From NCBI GenBank assembly GCA_034667005.1, contig JAXDKU010000139.1, forward strand, positions 1 to 63,982: a stretch of 63,982 nucleotides of DNA, in the 5' to 3' direction. Under the pieces are notes generated by a model. The model saw only the letters and a list, made by a program, of their open reading frames with translations. It did no database searches and had not been told where the DNA came from. The stretch's first letter is position 1, and every line of letters begins with the position of its first letter. A program made the translations under genes and the position numbers. Shown here piece after piece: positions 58,986-63,982 of this stretch. The stretch is from Chloroflexota bacterium. GTDB taxonomy: Bacteria; Chloroflexota; Limnocylindria; Limnocylindrales; CSP1-4.

Positions 58986-59777
58986 GTGCCGCTCTTCTCC
59001 GCGAACCTCACGCTGCTCTTCACCGAGGTTCCGTTCCTCGACCGTTTCGAAGCGGCCGCCGCGTCCGGCTTCCGCTCGGTCGAGTTCATGTTCCCGTACG
59101 ACCACGAGCCGGCCGCGGTCCGGGATCGCCTGGATCCCCACGGCCTCCGGCTGGACCTGTTCAACCTGCCGGCAGGCGACTTCGCCGGCGGGGAGCGCGG
59201 CATCGCGTGCCTGCCCGGCCGCGAGCAAGAGTTCCGCGACGGCGTGGAGACGGCGATCCGGTACGCGGACGCGCTTGGCACGTCCAAGCTGAACTGCCTG
59301 GTCGGGTTGCGGGACGCGGGCGTCGACGACCGCGTCCACGAGGCCGTCCTGGTGGAGAACCTGCGCTGGGCGGCGGAGCGGATCGGCTCCACGGGCCGGA
59401 CCCTCCAGGTGGAGCCGCTCAACCCGGTGGACTTCCCGGGCTTCTTCCTGGACTCCCTGCCTCGGGCCAGAGCCGTGATCGAAGCCGTCGGGTCCCCGGG
59501 CCTCCGGCTCCAGTTCGATATCTACCACGTCCAGCGCACCCACGGCGACGTGGTGCACAACCTGCGGAGGTACGCCGAGCTGATCGGCCACGTCCAGATC
59601 GCCGACGCCCCCGACCGCCACGAACCGGGGTCCGGCGAGCTGAACTTCGGCTACATCCTCAGTGAGCTCGATCAACTGGGCTACGACGGCCGCGTCGGCG
59701 CGGAGTACAAGCCCTCGACCCTCACCCAGCAGACCCTGGGCTGGGTCCAAGCGAACGGATGGCGACTCGATGCGTGA
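58986..59777 (+). CDS. hyi: Hydroxypyruvate isomerase
   Basis: GTG start. It contains FSANL..LF.E.PFLDRF.AAA..GF..VEF.FPY and the xylose-isomerase-like TIM-barrel pattern, ending ..GAEYKP. Confidence 0.85.
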   Translation: MPLFSANLTLLFTEVPFLDRFEAAAASGFRSVEFMFPYDHEPAAVRDRLDPHGLRLDLFNLPAGDFAGGERGIACLPGREQEFRDGVETAIRYADALGTSKLNCLVGLRDAGVDDRVHEAVLVENLRWAAERIGSTGRTLQVEPLNPVDFPGFFLDSLPRARAVIEAVGSPGLRLQFDIYHVQRTHGDVVHNLRRYAELIGHVQIADAPDRHEPGSGELNFGYILSELDQLGYDGRVGAEYKPSTLTQQTLGWVQANGWRLDA

Positions 59778-60672
59778 TCAGGAGCCTCGCGACGAGGTGG
59801 TCGGGTTCATTGGCCTGGGAATCATGGGCCGCCCGATGGCCACGAACCTGCTGCGTGCCGGTCGCCGGGTGGTGGTGCACTCCCGCAGCCGGCCGCCGGT
59901 CGACGAGCTGGTCGCGGCCGGCGCGGAGCCCGGAGCGTCGGTGGCGGGCGTCGCCGCGGCCGCCGACGTGATCATCACCATGCTTCCGGACACACCCGAC
60001 CTGCGGGCCGTGGTGGACGGCCCTGAGGGGCTCCTGGAGCACGCCCGGCCGGGGTCCCTGGTGATCGACATGAGCACCGTCGACCCCCTCGAGACCCGCG
60101 CGATCGGGGCCGAGTTCGTGCGCCGCGGCGTCGGCTACGTCGACGCGCCGGTGTCCGGGGGCGAGCGCGGCGCTATCGACGGCGCGCTCTCGATCATGGC
60201 CGGCGGCGCGGAGCAGGACGTGGCGCGGGCCATGGCGCTGTTCGAGATCCTCGGCAAGACCATCGTCCACGTGGGAGACGTCGGGGCCGGCCAGGTGACC
60301 AAGGCCGCCAACCAGCTCGTCGTCGGGGTGACCATCCAGGCCGTCGCGGAGGCGCTCGCGCTCGCCGAGGCCGCCGGCATCGATGCCGCGAAGGTGCGCC
60401 AGGCGCTCCTCGGCGGGTTCGCCGCGAGCCGCGTGCTCGAGGTCCACGGTCAGCGGATGCTCGACCGGCAGTTCCAGCCGGGCTTCCGTTCCCGCCTGCA
60501 CCTCAAGGACGCGCGGATCATTCGCAACACCGCGAGCCAGCTTGGCGTTCCGACGCCGGCGCTGGAGGTTGCGCTGGACGGGTTCCGGCGACTCGCGGAG
60601 TCAGACCGAGGCGAGCTCGATCACTCGGCGCTCTTCCTGCTCGAGGAGCGGACCGAACCGCCGGTCGGCTAG
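59770..60672 (+). CDS. 2-hydroxy-3-oxopropionate (tartronate semialdehyde) reductase-like NAD(P)-dependent dehydrogenase
   Basis: Lies in ORF 59662..60672. Start ATG 59770 overlaps the hyi end by 8 nt. It contains GFIGLGIMGRPMA, DAPVSGG..GA..G.L.IM.GG, G.GQ..K.ANQ and L..KD. Confidence 0.85.
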   Translation: MRDQEPRDEVVGFIGLGIMGRPMATNLLRAGRRVVVHSRSRPPVDELVAAGAEPGASVAGVAAAADVIITMLPDTPDLRAVVDGPEGLLEHARPGSLVIDMSTVDPLETRAIGAEFVRRGVGYVDAPVSGGERGAIDGALSIMAGGAEQDVARAMALFEILGKTIVHVGDVGAGQVTKAANQLVVGVTIQAVAEALALAEAAGIDAAKVRQALLGGFAASRVLEVHGQRMLDRQFQPGFRSRLHLKDARIIRNTASQLGVPTPALEVALDGFRRLAESDRGELDHSALFLLEERTEPPVG

Positions 60673-60742
60673 CCCCAGCCGGGCAAGACTGCCGCGTCTC
60701 CGCGGCCGAGGCGCCCTGCCGGCCGGGCTGTCGGTCGCCGGC

Positions 60743-61579
60743 TTACTCGGCGGCGGGCGCGGCCGGCGAGCTCGCCGACGGGAACACGGGCTTCTCCTTG
60801 TTGACGAAGGCCTGCACGCCGGCCTTGTAGTCCCCCGAGAAGTAGTTGAGCATCTCGAGCGAGAGCGAGTAGTCGAACGAGACGACCCCGCCGAGGCGCA
60901 GCCACTGGTTGAGGGAGCGCTTCGTCATCCGCAGCGCGTGCTGCGGGCCCGCCGCGAGGCGCTTCGCCAGCTCCATCGTCGTGGACATGAGCTCGGCGCG
61001 CGAAACTACGCGGCTCACGAGGCCGATTCGCTCGGCCTCCTTGCCGTCGATGGGATCGGAGGTCAGCAGGTAGTACTTGGCCTTGGCCATGCCGCAGAGG
61101 AGCGGCCAGATCATCGTCGAGTGGTCGCCCGCAGTGAGCCCGATGGGCGTGTGCCCGTCGATCAGCCGGGCCTCCTCGGCCATGATCGAGATGTCCGCCA
61201 TCATCGCCACGACCAGTCCCGCGCCGACGGCGACGCCGTTGATCGCGGAGATGATCGGCTTGACCGAGTTGACCATGTTGTAGACCAGGTCGGACGCGCC
61301 CTGCATGTCCTCCATGACCGACAGGAAGTAGTCGTCGCCGGTGAGGGTCTCGCGGTGCTGGCCCTCCTTGAGGTCGCCGCCCGCGGAGAACGCCCGATCC
61401 CCGGCTCCCGTCACCACGCTGATCCGGACGTCGGGATCCGCGTCGAGGTCGCGCCAGATCTCCCGGATCTCGCGGCTCAGCCGCGCGTCCATGGAGTTCA
61501 TCTTCTCGGGACGGTTGATCGTGACCAGGGCCACGCCGTCCTCGACGGACACGATCAGGCGCTCATAGTTCTCGTACAC
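60743..61579 (-). CDS. Enoyl-CoA hydratase/isomerase family protein
   Basis: It contains VTINRPEKMNS, GAGDRAFSAGGD and INGVAVGAGLVVAMMADI. Confidence 0.85.
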   Translation of the reverse strand: MYENYERLIVSVEDGVALVTINRPEKMNSMDARLSREIREIWRDLDADPDVRISVVTGAGDRAFSAGGDLKEGQHRETLTGDDYFLSVMEDMQGASDLVYNMVNSVKPIISAINGVAVGAGLVVAMMADISIMAEEARLIDGHTPIGLTAGDHSTMIWPLLCGMAKAKYYLLTSDPIDGKEAERIGLVSRVVSRAELMSTTMELAKRLAAGPQHALRMTKRSLNQWLRLGGVVSFDYSLSLEMLNYFSGDYKAGVQAFVNKEKPVFPSASSPAAPAAE

Positions 61580-61639
61580 GGGGACCCTCCGGAGTCGGTC
61601 TCGACGATGGTGGCCGGCCCATCGCTGGACCGGACGCGA

Positions 61640-62014
61640 TCAGCGGCTGATCGCGGGCGAGGCGGAGCGCGATCTGGCGGTGGCGATCGGGGCTTCGGGC
61701 GGCCGGCCGACCAGCGACTCCAACAGGTGCGGGGCCAGCTGGTCGAACGTGTCGGTGACCAGCTGGTAGTGGTAGAACGGCCCGTCCTTGCGGACGGTGA
61801 TCATCCCCGTCATCCGCAGCATGCGGATGTGGTAGCTGATGGTGCTCTTCGCGATCGCGAACATGCCCTCGAACGTGGTGCACGCCACTTCGCCGTCGCG
61901 GGCGATGCAGCGGACCATCTCCAGGCGAACCGGATCGGCGAGTGCGCGGAAGAACTCCACGAGATTGGAGAGTTCCGTGTGTGGGATGCGTTCCTCGTCA
62001 GTGGTGACCAACAT
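61640..62014 (-). CDS. ArsR/SmtB-family transcriptional regulator
   Basis: Lies in ORF 61640..62062 with start ATG 62014. FRALADPVRLEMV and KSTISYHIRMLR..G form the wHTH. Confidence 0.8.
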   Translation of the reverse strand: MLVTTDEERIPHTELSNLVEFFRALADPVRLEMVRCIARDGEVACTTFEGMFAIAKSTISYHIRMLRMTGMITVRKDGPFYHYQLVTDTFDQLAPHLLESLVGRPPEAPIATARSRSASPAISR

Positions 62015-62036
62015 CGTTTGAGGGTACTGCAAACAT

Positions 62037-63311
62037 CTACGTCCGGTGCGCCGCGAGCGCAAGATCCAGGACGAACTGGCTCCCAGCCGGGACCCTCACC
62101 TCGACGCGCAGGTCACCGCCCATGGCGCGGGCCAGGTGGCGGGCCGCGAACAGGCCGATACCGGCGCCGCGCGGCGAGTCGTCCAGCCGCACGAACGGCT
62201 CGAAGATCCGCTCGTGCCACGCCTCCGGGATGCCCGGCCCGTCGTCGGTGACGGCGAGGTAGGCGCGGCCGTTCCGGCGCCAGCCGTAGATGTCGATCGT
62301 GCCGCCGACCGGCGCGTACTTGGCGGCGTTCTCGAGGAGGTAGCCAAGCAGCCGTCGCAGCATCTCGTCCGATCCCTGCGCCATCAGCGGACGGTCCTCG
62401 AACGTGGTGGCCATCACGTGCCGCCGCAGCATCGGCGCGAGATCCAGCGCCTCCTGTTCGGCGATCCGGGCCAGGTCGACCGGGGCCATCTCGATCCGGG
62501 CGTTCGGGAACACGCGGAGGCTCTCGAGGATCGAGTCGACCGTCCGATCGAGCTTGTCGACCTGGTCCAGCGCCTGCTGCTCCCAGCTGGCGGCGTCAGG
62601 CTGCTCCGACGCCTGGATGCGCCCGCCGAGCAGCTCCACGTAGGCGCGCACCACGGCCAGCGGCGTTCGCAGCGCGTGGGTCACCACGGCCACGAGGTTG
62701 GCGCGGGCCTCGTCGATCGCCCGCAGGCTCTCGATCTGGTCCTCGGCCTCCTGCTGGAGACGGCCCTTCTCGACGAGCCCCGCGAGCAGCCCGGCGAGCG
62801 TCTCCAGGAAGCGCGTGTCCGCGGCCGAGAAGGAGCGGCGCTCCACGGTCTGAACGTTGAGGACGCCGACGACCTGCTCGTTCCAGAGCAGGGGCACCGA
62901 GCACATGGAGATGAACTTGGCCTGGTCCACGCCGCGGATCCACGCGAACCGGAGGTCGTGCAGGACATCCTCGGAGATGACGGGTGAGCGGTTGAGCGCG
63001 GCGAGGCCGGTGATGCCCTGTCCGAGAGCCAGCCGGGCGACGCCGATCGCATCGCGGTCCAGGCCGTTGGTGGCGGCGAGCGTCACGCCGGTCCCGTCGC
63101 GGTCCATCAGGTAGAGCGAGCACACGTCGGCTCGAGCGGCGGCCTTGGCGCGGTCGATGATCGTGCCCATCAGCTCGTCCCAGGTGCGCGCCGACGCGGC
63201 CAGGTGCGCGACCGCGGCCAGGAACGTCAGCTCCTCCAGGCGACGCGCCTCGTCAATGCCCGAGGCAGAGGCATTCGAGGCGTGCGCGTTCGACGTCACG
63301 GGCGTGGACAT
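62037..63311 (-). CDS. Cytoplasmic GAF-domain sensor histidine kinase
   Basis: Lies in ORF 62037..63401; start ATG 63311 or earlier. The GAF region is SLYLMD......LAATNG ... GITG ... VPL. The H-box is VTHALRTPL, the N-box ENAAKY and the G-boxes DDGPGIP / GAGIGL. No TM segment is present. Confidence 0.85.
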   Translation of the reverse strand: MSTPVTSNAHASNASASGIDEARRLEELTFLAAVAHLAASARTWDELMGTIIDRAKAAARADVCSLYLMDRDGTGVTLAATNGLDRDAIGVARLALGQGITGLAALNRSPVISEDVLHDLRFAWIRGVDQAKFISMCSVPLLWNEQVVGVLNVQTVERRSFSAADTRFLETLAGLLAGLVEKGRLQQEAEDQIESLRAIDEARANLVAVVTHALRTPLAVVRAYVELLGGRIQASEQPDAASWEQQALDQVDKLDRTVDSILESLRVFPNARIEMAPVDLARIAEQEALDLAPMLRRHVMATTFEDRPLMAQGSDEMLRRLLGYLLENAAKYAPVGGTIDIYGWRRNGRAYLAVTDDGPGIPEAWHERIFEPFVRLDDSPRGAGIGLFAARHLARAMGGDLRVEVRVPAGSQFVLDLALAAHRT

Positions 63312-63469
63312 GCGCCGATGGTCGCGGGCGCGTGGCAGCCGGTCAACCGGTCCCCTTGCGCCGCGCAGGGGCCCGCGACCGAACGAGTACCCAGCCGTCA
63401 CCGTGCGGCGGCTGACCTCCCACGCTCACGGCCGGTACGTTCGGCCTCCTCTTCGCACAAGGACCAGAC

Positions 63470-63982
63470 GTGTCCCGACCCGATTCCGCGTACCCGCTCT
63501 ATGACGCTCGCTACGAGCACGACGCCTGTGGCGTCGGCTTCGTCGCGGACGCGGGTGCCCGCTCACGGGACCGGGTCCTCGGCCTGGCGCTCGCCGGCCT
63601 GTCGAACCTCGGGCACCGCGGCGCCTTCGCCGCGGACGGCGAATCGAGCGACGGCGCGGGCATCGCGCTGCCCCTGGAGGCCGCACTCGCCGCCCATCTC
63701 GGCCGCGACGTCGGCCCGGGGCTGCGGCTGCGCGGACGCCCGGGCCTGTTGATGCTGTTCCTCCCCGCCGCGCCCGCGGCCGCCTCCCGGGCGCGCGCCA
63801 TCGTCGAGGCAGCCCTTCAGGCGGAGCGGCTCACCATCGCCGCGTGGCGCGACGTGCCGGTGGACGCGTCGGCGCTCGGCGTGGAGGCCCGCGGTTCGCT
63901 GCCGCTCGTTGCGCAGGCCTTCGTGGCCGCGCCGGGCGGGTCGCGGCTCGCGTTCGAACGGCGGCTGCTGCTGGCGCGGCGG
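63470..63982 (+). CDS. gltB: Glutamate synthase large subunit, N-terminal amidotransferase domain (3' end outside window)
   Basis: This frame is not in the supplied track because it runs off the window. My own translation from GTG 63470 gives ...LYDARYEHDACGVGFVAD...LSNLGHRGA..ADGESSDGAGI..., the classic GltB Ntn-amidotransferase start. Confidence 0.85.
   Translation, partial: MSRPDSAYPLYDARYEHDACGVGFVADAGARSRDRVLGLALAGLSNLGHRGAFAADGESSDGAGIALPLEAALAAHLGRDVGPGLRLRGRPGLLMLFLPAAPAAASRARAIVEAALQAERLTIAAWRDVPVDASALGVEARGSLPLVAQAFVAAPGGSRLAFERRLLLARR

Noticed and set aside
1-63982. rRNA, tRNA or tmRNA genes anywhere in the window
   Set aside because: All intergenic regions longer than about 60 nt were read on both strands. 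None shows tRNA cloverleaf landmarks (GTTCGAATC-type T-loops with an acceptor stem) or rRNA-like conserved blocks.

Overview
High-G+C bacterial chromosomal segment with frequent GTG/TTG starts, strong GGAGG-type RBSs and many 1-4 nt gene overlaps. The style looks Actinobacteria/Chloroflexi-like, but I cannot assign taxonomy from sequence alone. I call about 58 protein-coding genes. I recognised no rRNA, tRNA, CRISPR array, transposase or integrase. The window falls into three zones. (1) 1-32 kb is an accessory acyl-CoA catabolic region. It holds a GntR regulator; an operon of a fused double family-III CoA-transferase, an Acl/Kal-like hotdog lyase and an ADP-forming acyl-CoA synthetase, plus a separately transcribed fused double Acl/Kal hotdog gene next to it; an SDR-DMT-ACAD-DMT operon; a roughly 10-gene minus-strand operon (2 PhyH dioxygenases, 3 crotonases, ACAD, 2 amidohydrolases, SDR, lone LivF-like ATPase); a 7-gene gldA-led operon; and gcvPA/gcvPB. 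(2) 32-35.2 kb is an anomalous stretch: a 1.2-kb gene-free spacer packed with several tandem-repeat families and operator-like palindromes, mscL with a Cys4 tail, and a visibly lower-G+C orphan ORF of about 499 aa. (3) 35-64 kb is mostly core metabolism: argC-J-B, argF, argG-H, lysA-dapD-dapA-dapB, thrC, argR, an OmpR-type regulator with amt, hyi with a tartronate-semialdehyde reductase, and the gltB start. This zone is interrupted by two tandem secreted triple-repeat paralogs and a GAF-kinase/ArsR/crotonase unit. The most interesting items are the orphan low-G+C ORF coupled to mscL, the repeat-rich spacer, a recurrent GTCWGACAAC operator-like motif linking several promoters, and the unusual fused Acl/Kal and CoA-transferase architecture. 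All functional calls rest on motif recognition from memory; no database search was possible.
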